A DNA stretch of 64,000 nt from positions 3,404-67,403 of IMG/VR virus record IMGVR_UViG_3300020469_000041, one strand, 5' to 3'. Source of the stretch: a virus. Numbering within the stretch: position 1 is the first letter of the stretch; each line of letters begins with the position of its first letter. Below are positions 21,324 to 29,599 of the stretch, in pieces. The notes below the pieces were generated by a model. It saw only the letters and a program-made list of their open reading frames with translations. It made no database searches and was not told the DNA's origin. Position numbers and translations under genes: made by a program.

Positions 21324-22652
21324 TCAGATTGTTACATTCTGGCTAGTTGGTAAATCTATCTTATCTAATGATTCTATAAAGGAATCTTTCTTACACAATA
21401 GTTTCATTTTATATTCTTCTTCAAAGGTATGTTCTATTGAAGCAACAATATACTTACCAGATAAGTACTTGTCTCGACCACGTTCTTCCTCAGAGTTATC
21501 AATCGAAACAATCACAGATAAATTAATGGTCATACCACAAGAGAGTTGAAAATCACCATAGACCTCTAGAGTGACTTCTAGTGTATCCATATTCTCTATA
21601 TAGGCATTTGCGTGAAGTATATCTAAGTCAATCGGAGCATGGTAGTTAGACCCGCCTGTGATGGCCGAACCGTTGAGGCTCATATAAAAGTTAGTCGATT
21701 CACTATAGTCCTTTATGGCACGATCATCTAATTCCATCTGAGTGGTCAAGACACCCTCTTTATTCAACTTCAACTGCGAGCCATCATAACTATATGTCTT
21801 TGTCTTATAGGTCTTAGAAGCAATATCGAGTGTATGGAGAGTGGATGAATAAGCACCATTTGCCATATTGATATACTTCGACATATTAAACTCAGAGGAA
21901 AGCTTCAGCACTTTATTCGCAAGTTTGTTTTCATTCTCCTCAGACCCTATTGTCGTGTCCATAGAGGGCGCGTGTTGATACTCTCTGTGCGCTTCCTTAT
22001 TAATCATGTTCTCATAGGAATTAAAGTGTATACCATCACTCAGTGTCTCGTAGAAGAAGAACGGAGTACCATTATCATAGGATCTCTTTGTTAACCAATT
22101 GATAAGATATAAAGGTCTCATACGAGGATATACACCAGTAATTGTTTGTTTTGTCTCTGTACTTATATTCAACTTCTTTGAATCGATCTTGAGTTCGTCT
22201 GTACATATATCTTTGATTAGCTTACCAGGTACGTTATTGAATGGCTTAGATATTGTCTTCGCCTGATTGATAAACGCATGATCTGATATACATCTGAACA
22301 CATACGTATTGGTACCAGGGCTTAGCTTGGCCATACTATGAATCTCTGCGATACGGAATATAGGCTTATACTTCTCTAATGTGCCGTCCATAAGGCTTCT
22401 CTTCACGATGAACGTTAACCTCTCACCACTCACACATTTCACTTTTTCGAGCAGATTGGCAGAATCTAACACATTGACCTCAGCTTGCAATGCTGTACTA
22501 TATAGAGACTCTGATACACGTATCTGTGCTATCATGTCTGTGATATTATAGATATTACCATTGGTAGCTTTGATATACACACTATCGAGTTCATACGATG
22601 ATGGTACAAGTGCCTCTGATCCGTTTGCTAGCTTACTACTATACCTACTCAT
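21324..22652 (-). CDS. baseplate hub / tail protein (gp27-like)
   Basis: ESLY..., FFFYET..G.HF.S, DKYLSGKYIV..I.H.F motifs; lies between gp53 and gp5. Confidence 0.65.
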   Translation of the reverse strand: MSRYSSKLANGSEALVPSSYELDSVYIKATNGNIYNITDMIAQIRVSESLYSTALQAEVNVLDSANLLEKVKCVSGERLTFIVKRSLMDGTLEKYKPIFRIAEIHSMAKLSPGTNTYVFRCISDHAFINQAKTISKPFNNVPGKLIKDICTDELKIDSKKLNISTETKQTITGVYPRMRPLYLINWLTKRSYDNGTPFFFYETLSDGIHFNSYENMINKEAHREYQHAPSMDTTIGSEENENKLANKVLKLSSEFNMSKYINMANGAYSSTLHTLDIASKTYKTKTYSYDGSQLKLNKEGVLTTQMELDDRAIKDYSESTNFYMSLNGSAITGGSNYHAPIDLDILHANAYIENMDTLEVTLEVYGDFQLSCGMTINLSVIVSIDNSEEERGRDKYLSGKYIVASIEHTFEEEYKMKLLCKKDSFIESLDKIDLPTSQNVTI

Positions 22653-23469
22653 TATTGATTATTGCCTCATATTTTTCTGCAAATTGTGTGATATACTTAG
22701 GATCGACTACCTTGATTTGTGATCTTGCCTCATTTATATTGAATATATGTGTACGATTCGTATCAAAGGATAGCTGTCCGGCTGGCTCTCCTCCAGATAT
22801 GAATATATCGTTTGTCACAAGTCGCTTCTCGTCCGAGTCGTCAGTACGATAGTAGTTATGTGGTGCATCGATATATGGATATACATCATATGTATTCACT
22901 GAATCTAGTGATATGTTTCCTGTAATGGACTCTGTGGCATTTGATGGTCCGGGTGCAGAATTACCAATGAATATTCCTACCACATTTTGCAAGATCAGTT
23001 GATTCATGTCCGCTGACTTCTTGACTAGTGTACCTGTTGCACCGTTTGTTGCTCCTGTAATGGTCTCTCCTAACTGAAATCGACCTGATAGACTATTCGG
23101 ATATGATGATATCACGCCTGGATCGCCGGTCTCGTCCACACTTGGATTGGTTGTGATGGCAACTCCCTCGAACTCCTCATCCATATAGTCATGTAGCTTC
23201 TCTTGACTCATAGGCCATCCGGCAAGACCATCATGTAGAAAGTCATTGATGATAAAGAATGTCCAGTAGTACTGTGTTGTACCATATAGACGTTGACTCA
23301 CGATGTCTGGACGTTCACCATTCTTGACACTATAGAAGCTATAGGCATTTGCATCATCGGCGAATGCAGCAAGAGGTCTTGCACCTCGATAGATATCAAC
23401 CACATTTTGCAAGATTCCATTTCGATCGAAATCATATTGCAACGTTGGAAATTGTCGAAAATAACTCAT
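22645..23469 (-). CDS. gp53: baseplate wedge subunit gp53
   Basis: MSYFRQFP; GERPDIVS.RLYG...YYW.F...N; WPMS; NE..SQIKV. Confidence 0.85.
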   Translation of the reverse strand: MSYFRQFPTLQYDFDRNGILQNVVDIYRGARPLAAFADDANAYSFYSVKNGERPDIVSQRLYGTTQYYWTFFIINDFLHDGLAGWPMSQEKLHDYMDEEFEGVAITTNPSVDETGDPGVISSYPNSLSGRFQLGETITGATNGATGTLVKKSADMNQLILQNVVGIFIGNSAPGPSNATESITGNISLDSVNTYDVYPYIDAPHNYYRTDDSDEKRLVTNDIFISGGEPAGQLSFDTNRTHIFNINEARSQIKVVDPKYITQFAEKYEAIINNE

Positions 23470-24281
23470 GAGCCTACTCCTGTATTAGATTGCGGCTCTT
23501 CCTCAGAGCCACCATCGGGTGATGATGGAAAGACTCCTGCTGCATCATAATTTGTATTATAACCAAGGCCTTGCTCATCGTATAGATCTTGTCTTGTAAT
23601 TGATCGTACCTCTTGAAATGTCATATTCAAATCGATTTCTACAGGAGGTGCACCTAATTTTCCATCATTCTCATGAAAGGAATTGCCTGTTGCATTATAG
23701 TTTGTAGTCATTGCAATCAGATATGTATCAATAATCTTTGGCATATACTTATTTATTTGACCGCCTGCCATGAATTTGATACGAAACGTGGGCGGATACT
23801 CTAATGAACTCAGACCAATACGTAATGGATACATATACTTACGAAATGAATTCTCAATCTCATGAGCTGTCTTTGATTCATCTAATGAAGAGGGAACAAG
23901 CTTAAATGCAAACTCAAATTGTCTTACGTTGACACCTTCAAAGGTCACTGCTGTATAAGGGTTTACTATCACACCTGATTGTAATTCTGCAACCTGGCCA
24001 GCTCCACCCATTGAAGTCTTTAGTCTTTTTGTAATATTTGAAACAATATCTTCTGCTCCAACTGCTGTACCTGAAGCTTTAGCATTTGCTAGAGCACCAA
24101 ACGCACCAAGCTCGCTACTACCATAGTTCATACCATCTGAAGTGGCAATTCCTGATGGAATAAACAAATGAATTTGATTGAATTCTGGCTGATTCTTTCT
24201 TGCCATCGTAAATGATACGTGTGGAAATCCCTTCTCTGATATCCTAGACCTGAGTGTTTCAGGGAACGTTAATATTTTCAT
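23466..24281 (-). CDS. gp48: baseplate tail-tube cap gp48-like
   Basis: NPY..VTFEGV..R.F.F.FKLVP.S..E; YPP.F; L.MTFQE; synteny. Confidence 0.75.
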   Translation of the reverse strand: MKILTFPETLRSRISEKGFPHVSFTMARKNQPEFNQIHLFIPSGIATSDGMNYGSSELGAFGALANAKASGTAVGAEDIVSNITKRLKTSMGGAGQVAELQSGVIVNPYTAVTFEGVNVRQFEFAFKLVPSSLDESKTAHEIENSFRKYMYPLRIGLSSLEYPPTFRIKFMAGGQINKYMPKIIDTYLIAMTTNYNATGNSFHENDGKLGAPPVEIDLNMTFQEVRSITRQDLYDEQGLGYNTNYDAAGVFPSSPDGGSEEEPQSNTGVGS

Positions 24282-24296
24282 GTGTCTGATTACCCT

Positions 24297-24337
24297 TATA
24301 AATAGAAATACATTTAATAACTATAGATCTATTTATA
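24297..24337. promoter_or_regulatory. pair of oppositely oriented late promoters at the strand switch
   Basis: TATAAATA on + at 24297-24304 (towards gp4) and on - at 24330-24337 (towards gp48). Confidence 0.7.
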
Positions 24338-24783
24338 TGGCTTACAAAGGTAAATACACAGTAAAGAACAAAAAGAAATATGTCGGAGATCCTACCAAGG
24401 TAACATATCGTTCTCTATGGGAGCGTAATGCTTTTCGTTGGGCCGAATCAAATCCAAAGGTACGTGCATGGAATAGCGAAGAGATTGTTGTTCCCTACAA
24501 ATGCAAGACAGATAATAGGCTGCACCGATACTTTGTTGATATGTTGATTGAAATGAGTAATGGTGAGGTGATATTAATTGAAATTAAGCCAAAGAAGCAG
24601 ACGATACCTCCTAAGTCAAGTGCACGAAAGACGAAGAAGCATTTGAATGAAGTGACTACATATATCAAGAACACCTCTAAGTGGAATGCCGCGCAACAAT
24701 ATGCAAAGCACAAAGGATGGAAGTTTCAAATCTGGACCGAAGATACTTTAAAGAATTTAGGTATCAAAGTGCTGAAAGGATGA
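24337..24783 (+). CDS. gp4: head completion protein gp4 (TnsA-like nuclease fold); start re-assigned to MAYKGKY
   Basis: KY.GDP....YRSLWE, W.SEE..VPY, HRYFVD, IEIKPKKQT, N..KW.AA. Confidence 0.9.
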   Translation: MAYKGKYTVKNKKKYVGDPTKVTYRSLWERNAFRWAESNPKVRAWNSEEIVVPYKCKTDNRLHRYFVDMLIEMSNGEVILIEIKPKKQTIPPKSSARKTKKHLNEVTTYIKNTSKWNAAQQYAKHKGWKFQIWTEDTLKNLGIKVLKG

Positions 24784-24791
24784 TATAAATA
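24784..24791 (+). promoter_or_regulatory. T4-type late promoter TATAAATA
   Basis: exact motif immediately upstream of gp2. Confidence 0.65.
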
Positions 24792-24796
24792 GTTAT

Positions 24797-25387
24797 ATGG
24801 CAAGTTTATTTGATACACTACAAGCACAAGCATTTAGAGCTGGCGTTTCTCCTCGCACGAAGGAATCACAGCAATGGTTTCAGCGTAATGTTAAGAAGTT
24901 AGCTGATGTAAATAGAAGATCTGTACTGAAAGATGATGCATTAGATCCTACTACAAAGCCAAGAGTTGGTGATATGATTATGTATTTCTATGATCCAAAG
25001 CATAAAGCAACATTACCATACTATGATAGATTTCCTCTTACGATTATGGTCGAACCAGCACCTGGTGGATTCTATGGATTGAATCTACATTACCTATCAC
25101 CGGGTGTACGTGCAAGATTCCTTGACGAGCTCATGAAGTTAGGCCCAAGCAAGGTTGGTGAAACATCACGCTTGGCAAGATTACGATATAAGACTCTTGC
25201 AAGTGTAAGGAAATTCAAAGAATTCGAACCGTGTTATAAGCATTATCTAATGCCTCATGTTAAATCAAAGATGGTAAGAGTCCCAATGACTGAATGGGAA
25301 ATTGCTATCTTCTTACCAACAGAGCAATTTGTAAAAGTCAAAGCAGCTTCTGTATGGAGATACTCAAGGAAACAATACGCATCATGA
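24797..25387 (+). CDS. gp2: DNA end protector protein gp2
   Basis: YFYDPKHK.TLPYYDRFPL, GLNLHYL, C.KHYL..HV, W..AIFLP. Confidence 0.92.
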   Translation: MASLFDTLQAQAFRAGVSPRTKESQQWFQRNVKKLADVNRRSVLKDDALDPTTKPRVGDMIMYFYDPKHKATLPYYDRFPLTIMVEPAPGGFYGLNLHYLSPGVRARFLDELMKLGPSKVGETSRLARLRYKTLASVRKFKEFEPCYKHYLMPHVKSKMVRVPMTEWEIAIFLPTEQFVKVKAASVWRYSRKQYAS

Positions 25388-26046
25388 ACAGCATAGATAA
25401 CCTCAAGTCAGTGATATCTAAGAAAGGCGGAGTTGCAATGCAAAATCGCTTTCAGGTATTTTTTACACCTCCTTCTGCAAATAGCTTAAAATCATTACTT
25501 AACACCGATACAAGATCATTAGTTGGTGATCTTGCAAAAAACGCAATTACTGGTGGAAGTATAAAGAATCTTATACCAGATCCACGTGATATATCGATAT
25601 TATGTGAGTCAGTAAGTCTACCAGGACGAGCAATTACAACTCTTGATTACATAGCTGAAAGACAAGCAATTAAGATACCATACAGTGTAATTAATGAAGA
25701 TATTACCATGACATTCATATTAACAAATGATTACTTTATAAAGAAGTTATTTGATTCATGGCTGACTAGTATTTTCGATGTTGAAAACTATAGAGCAGGT
25801 TATAAGAAAGACTTTACGTGTGATATTATCATACAACAACTAAATGAACAAAATATTCCAGTTTACGGTGTGAAACTAGAAGGTGCATTCCCCATCACCG
25901 TCAATGCAATAAACATGGACAACAACGCAGAAAATACTGTCCAGAAAATGAGTGTGACAATGAGTTACGAAAACTATGTACCAGAAGATATATTTGATAG
26001 CGTTAAATCAGCTGTCACTTCTGCTGCTGGTGCCCTTGGTATTTAA
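25384..26046 (+). CDS. tail tube / baseplate-tube initiator (gp19/gp54 family); start re-assigned to MNSIDN
   Basis: NRF.V, LCESVSLPG, IPY, F..W, I.QL, AFP, V.M.Y motifs; ATGA overlap with gp2 stop. Confidence 0.75.
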   Translation: MNSIDNLKSVISKKGGVAMQNRFQVFFTPPSANSLKSLLNTDTRSLVGDLAKNAITGGSIKNLIPDPRDISILCESVSLPGRAITTLDYIAERQAIKIPYSVINEDITMTFILTNDYFIKKLFDSWLTSIFDVENYRAGYKKDFTCDIIIQQLNEQNIPVYGVKLEGAFPITVNAINMDNNAENTVQKMSVTMSYENYVPEDIFDSVKSAVTSAAGALGI

Positions 26047-26065
26047 TATAATATAGGAGAATATA

Positions 26066-26770
26066 ATGGCGTTACCAAAAATAAGTGTTCCACGGTATGA
26101 TGTAGAATTACCATCTACCGGTAAAACATTAAAGATGAGACCTTATCTAGTTAAAGAAGAAAAGGTTTTAATGATTGCATTAGAGTCTAGTGATCCTGGA
26201 CAAATTGCAAATGCTGTAAGAAGCGTTATTCAAGAATGTTACAGTTTAGATGATGTTAATAGTCTAACTACATTTGATATAGAATATCTATTTTTACAAC
26301 TAAGAGGAAAGTCTGTAGGTGAAGAAATGGAACTACAGATTAAATGTGAACACTGTGAAGAGTTAAATCCTCTACACATAAATGTAAATGATATTAAAAT
26401 AACTAACGTTAATGAAGATCACAAAATTGTAATGCTAACTGATAAAATTGGTGTTAAAATGCGATGGCCATCGGTTAAAACATTTAGTGAATTAAATGTT
26501 GAAAAATTAAATTCTGTAGAAGGTTTAATGGATCTTATTATTGAGTGCATTGAAAGTATATTTGATGATGACGCAGTATATGATAATACACAAACAAGTA
26601 AAGAGGAAATGGAAGGATTTATAGAAAATCTTAACTCTTCGCAGTTTAAGAAAGTTCAAGCTTTCTTTCAAGATATGCCTATTGTTGAATATACGCACGA
26701 TATGATATGTAGTAGTTGTGGTGAAAAAAGTAAAATAGAGCTAAGAGGACTACAAAGTTTTTTTTCGTAG
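26066..26770 (+). CDS. gp26: baseplate hub assembly protein gp26
   Basis: MALPK...Y.V.LPSTG...RPYLVKEEK.L; FDIEYLFLQLRGKSVGE; two CxxC; ends GLQSFF. Confidence 0.88.
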   Translation: MALPKISVPRYDVELPSTGKTLKMRPYLVKEEKVLMIALESSDPGQIANAVRSVIQECYSLDDVNSLTTFDIEYLFLQLRGKSVGEEMELQIKCEHCEELNPLHINVNDIKITNVNEDHKIVMLTDKIGVKMRWPSVKTFSELNVEKLNSVEGLMDLIIECIESIFDDDAVYDNTQTSKEEMEGFIENLNSSQFKKVQAFFQDMPIVEYTHDMICSSCGEKSKIELRGLQSFFS

Positions 26771-26952
26771 GCCTTTCACATGAGAGTTTAGTTAATTATT
26801 ATAAGACTAATTTTGCATTAATACAGCATCACAAATATAGTTTAACTGAGCTGGAAAATATGTTACCGTGGGAAAGGCAGATATATGTTAGCCTATTACA
26901 GCAACATATTGAAGACGAAAACGAAAAGATTAAACAAAGGAAAACAAGATGA
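26764..26952 (+). CDS. gp51-like hub assembly chaperone frame (no start codon; probably reached by -1 frameshift from gp26)
   Basis: reads FVGLSHESLVNYYKTNFALIQHHKYSLTELENMLPWERQIYVSLLQQHIEDENEKIKQRKTR*, matching the gp51-like family of marine T4-likes; absent from ORF track. Confidence 0.75.
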   Translation, partial: FVGLSHESLVNYYKTNFALIQHHKYSLTELENMLPWERQIYVSLLQQHIEDENEKIKQRKTR

Positions 26953-27272
26953 CAGAAGAAATAAAAGCAAGTGGACATCATCCAGCTGATACCAATGGTG
27001 ATGGCAAGGTAAGTAGAAAAGAGCAAGATATGTATATGGAGTTTAAAAGAAAAGAACTCGAAGATGCAGATGCAATGCGAGATGCACAGCGTAAAATGGC
27101 ATGGTTCTCTTTATTTGGTATGTTACTATATCCATTCTCTGTCGTGCTAGCAAGCTTATTTGGGTTAGATGAAGCACAAAAAACATTAGGTAGTATGGCA
27201 CCAACATACTTTGTTGCTGTTGCTGGTATCGTAGCAGCATTCTTTGGTGCACAGGCATTCAGTAAAAAATAG
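26949..27272 (+). CDS. small membrane protein with EF-hand-like loop
   Basis: DTNGDGKVSRKE followed by two hydrophobic helices. Confidence 0.55.
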   Translation: MTEEIKASGHHPADTNGDGKVSRKEQDMYMEFKRKELEDADAMRDAQRKMAWFSLFGMLLYPFSVVLASLFGLDEAQKTLGSMAPTYFVAVAGIVAAFFGAQAFSKK

Positions 27273-27281
27273 GAATAAATC

Positions 27282-29156
27282 ATGGCAGACGATAATTCAA
27301 TAAACTTTCAAGAACTAATAAACTTAATGGCCGAAAATAATCGGTCTACAGTCGAAATTGAACGTGATGGTCGTAATACTCGTCGTCATCTTTTAGAAAT
27401 GAAAAAACTACAAACTACTGCCCTTGAAACATCAAAAAATATGACAGCAATATTTGATAACTTTTTCGAATCTATGGATGCAAGTGCTTTACAAAAAGCT
27501 GAAACAGAAATGGAAAGAGCTTCTATATTTGAAGAAATTAGAGATTCTCTTAATGATGGTATACAAGTAGAAAATACAAGTAGCAATAGCTCTGGCAGTG
27601 GCAGTGGCATGATTAGCAAGCTTGGTGGTATGATGGGCGGAGCTGCTATGGCCGCTGGCGCATTACTTGCGGGTGTGGGTATAGGTGCAGCTGGTCTTAC
27701 ATATGCTATGGGCAAGATGGAAGAGCTAGACACTAAGAAGATTAAAGAAAACGTTGATGATCTATTGTCAATGGCCGAATCTGATAGAATGACTGTAGGT
27801 AATGTTGCGGCTGTAACTGCAACAATGACTGCATTAGGCGTTGGCTTAGCTGCATTTACTATAGGCGAAGGCGCATCAAAAGCTGTTGCTAAATTCTCTG
27901 AAGGTAGTGACTGGCCACAAGATATTAAAGATAACGTAGAAACATTATTATCTATTGGTGATATACCAGGCATGGGTGGAAATGCAGCAGCTGTAAGCTT
28001 AACATTAACTGGTCTAGGAGTTGGACTAGCCGCTTTTGGTATAGGTAAAGCTGCAGACGGTGTTGGTACTGCAATATCATCATTTAGTGAAGGTAACTTT
28101 GCTGATAACATTAAGAAAGAAGTAGAGACTCTACTATCGATAGATACTGGTAAAGACGGCCAAGTTGGTGACTTTATGAAAACTATGTCTGGCTTAGGTT
28201 TAGGCTTAGCAGCATTTGGCATAGGTAAAGCTGTTGGTGGTACGGGTGATGCTATTACAAAGTTCTCCAGCGGTGATAACTTTGCACAAGGTATTAAAGA
28301 CGAAGTAGAGACACTGTTATCTATTGATACAACATCAGGTATAGACGTAGAAAACTTTAAAAAGACACTAGGCGGATTAGGAGTTGGCTTAGCTGCATTT
28401 GGTATAGGTTCATTCTTTGCTAGTGGAGATGGTGTTGCTGATGGAGTTAAGAAAGAAGTAGAAACATTATTAACCATTGGCGATGGCGCTGATATGGACA
28501 GAACACTAGCAGCTACTGGATCTCTTGCTGCACTAGGTGTTGGTCTTACTGCATTCGGCGCTGGTAAAGGTGTCAATGCTCTTGCTGACCTAGGGTCTTC
28601 TATTGTTGGATTCTTTACTGGATCTAAGAGTCCTGTAGAACAAGCAATTGAAGTAGGTGAAAAGGCTGATACAATTCAAGCTGGTGCAGATGCATTTAGT
28701 GCTTTTGCTGATGTATTTCAACGAATGAGTGAAATGGGTAATATATCACTTGATTTAGATGATGCTATAGAAGAAATGGTTGAGTATTCTAAAGTGTTAG
28801 AAACTGTATTACAAGGTGGTAAAATTACTATCGGTAAAAACTTTAAAACTGATGGTTTAGCAAATTTAACAGAAGACGTTGACAAAGCAGTATCTAATAT
28901 TAATCGTGTTCGTGATGTATTACAATTGCAATCAGACAATGGTGCTGATGTTCAAGGCACAGATAATAAACAAGGTGATAAAGTTATTCACTTATCAGCT
29001 GAAAACATAGAATTAAGATTACCAGAAAATAATCAATCTGCGGGTGAAAATATTACTTTAGCAAGCGCTAATAATAGTAAACAATCTAATGTAAATGTTA
29101 TACAAACTGCGCCTATTAATAGAATCAATGCGACCGCAGCGGGTGCATACGCATAA
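27282..29156 (+). CDS. tail tape-measure-like protein (gp29 position)
   Basis: 624 aa, A/G-rich; repeated LGVGLAAFGIG and K.EVETLLSI units; follows gp26/gp51. Confidence 0.65.
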   Translation: MADDNSINFQELINLMAENNRSTVEIERDGRNTRRHLLEMKKLQTTALETSKNMTAIFDNFFESMDASALQKAETEMERASIFEEIRDSLNDGIQVENTSSNSSGSGSGMISKLGGMMGGAAMAAGALLAGVGIGAAGLTYAMGKMEELDTKKIKENVDDLLSMAESDRMTVGNVAAVTATMTALGVGLAAFTIGEGASKAVAKFSEGSDWPQDIKDNVETLLSIGDIPGMGGNAAAVSLTLTGLGVGLAAFGIGKAADGVGTAISSFSEGNFADNIKKEVETLLSIDTGKDGQVGDFMKTMSGLGLGLAAFGIGKAVGGTGDAITKFSSGDNFAQGIKDEVETLLSIDTTSGIDVENFKKTLGGLGVGLAAFGIGSFFASGDGVADGVKKEVETLLTIGDGADMDRTLAATGSLAALGVGLTAFGAGKGVNALADLGSSIVGFFTGSKSPVEQAIEVGEKADTIQAGADAFSAFADVFQRMSEMGNISLDLDDAIEEMVEYSKVLETVLQGGKITIGKNFKTDGLANLTEDVDKAVSNINRVRDVLQLQSDNGADVQGTDNKQGDKVIHLSAENIELRLPENNQSAGENITLASANNSKQSNVNVIQTAPINRINATAAGAYA

Positions 29157-29181
29157 AAAAAAGGGACTCGAAAGTCCCTTT
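29155..29181. terminator. intrinsic terminator between convergent genes
   Basis: AAAGGGACT-CGAA-AGTCCCTTT hairpin (UUCG loop on minus strand) with an A8 tract (U-tract on minus). Confidence 0.85.
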
Positions 29182-29195
29182 ATATCATCTACAAA

Positions 29196-29360
29196 TTATG
29201 CAGACCAAGCAAAACCTCGGTATATACCTGATTTAGCCTTTTCACGCTTTTCAATTGATGATGATACGTAATCAACACCACGATACTTCAAAGATCGCTC
29301 TTGTGGCTTAATTACTGTGTTGTCGACGTATGTTACGCCTCTATACATTTTGATAGTCAT
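29196..29360 (-). CDS. DUF4278-like small protein with three YRG motifs (54 aa); not in ORF track
   Basis: MTIKMYRGVTYVDNTVIKPQERSLKYRGVDYVSSSIEKREKAKSGIYRGFAWSA; strong SD TAGGAGGT upstream. Confidence 0.8.
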   Translation of the reverse strand: MTIKMYRGVTYVDNTVIKPQERSLKYRGVDYVSSSIEKREKAKSGIYRGFAWSA

Positions 29361-29383
29361 ATGACACCTCCTAAATTAAGAGA

Positions 29384-29437
29384 TGCGTTCCTTCAGCTGT
29401 ATTGCCTACTTCCGTTCACATATCGTGAATGAACGAT
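29384..29437 (-). ncRNA. glutamine riboswitch (glnA motif, class I)
   Basis: AUCGUUCA-UUCAC gauau GUGAA-CGGAAGUA-GGC aauaca GCU-GAAGGAACGCA: P1 CGUUC/GAACG, P2, E-loop AGUA/GAA, P3; directly 5' of a YRG/DUF4278 ORF. Confidence 0.88.
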
Positions 29438-29484
29438 TGTAGTCTTTTCAACCATGACTTATGGTGTTCAGAACTGAACAATAT

Positions 29485-29492
29485 TATTTATA
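29485..29492 (-). promoter_or_regulatory. T4-type late promoter for the riboswitch unit
   Basis: exact TATAAATA ~48 nt upstream of the aptamer. Confidence 0.65.
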
Positions 29493-29515
29493 AAAAAAGG
29501 GACCCGAAGGTCCCT
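29492..29515 (-). terminator. intrinsic terminator after gp32
   Basis: AGGGACC-UUCG-GGUCCCU followed by U-tract; cUUCGg tetraloop typical of T4-like terminators. Confidence 0.88.
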
Positions 29516-29599
29516 AAAAGATTTTATAATAGTCACCTTAATTTATTGCCGGTGCTTCTTATGTTCTCCTTTGGTTATTATGTGGGGCTACAAACTATC

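Noticed and set aside
27830-28570. Recurring DNA repeats (GGCTTAGCxGCATTTGG, GAAGTAGAxAC) as possible CRISPR or DGR repeats
   Set aside because: Degenerate at third codon positions and in frame with protein repeats; no constant repeat-spacer pattern, no cas or reverse transcriptase genes
27386-28576. 396-aa minus-strand ORF with Pro/Ala repeats
   Set aside because: Mirror of the repeated tape-measure-like gene on the plus strand
29520-29599. SD-like AAAGGAGA in the gp32 3' trailer (minus strand), possible small RNA or ORF
   Set aside because: No start codon at suitable spacing and no convincing structure seen
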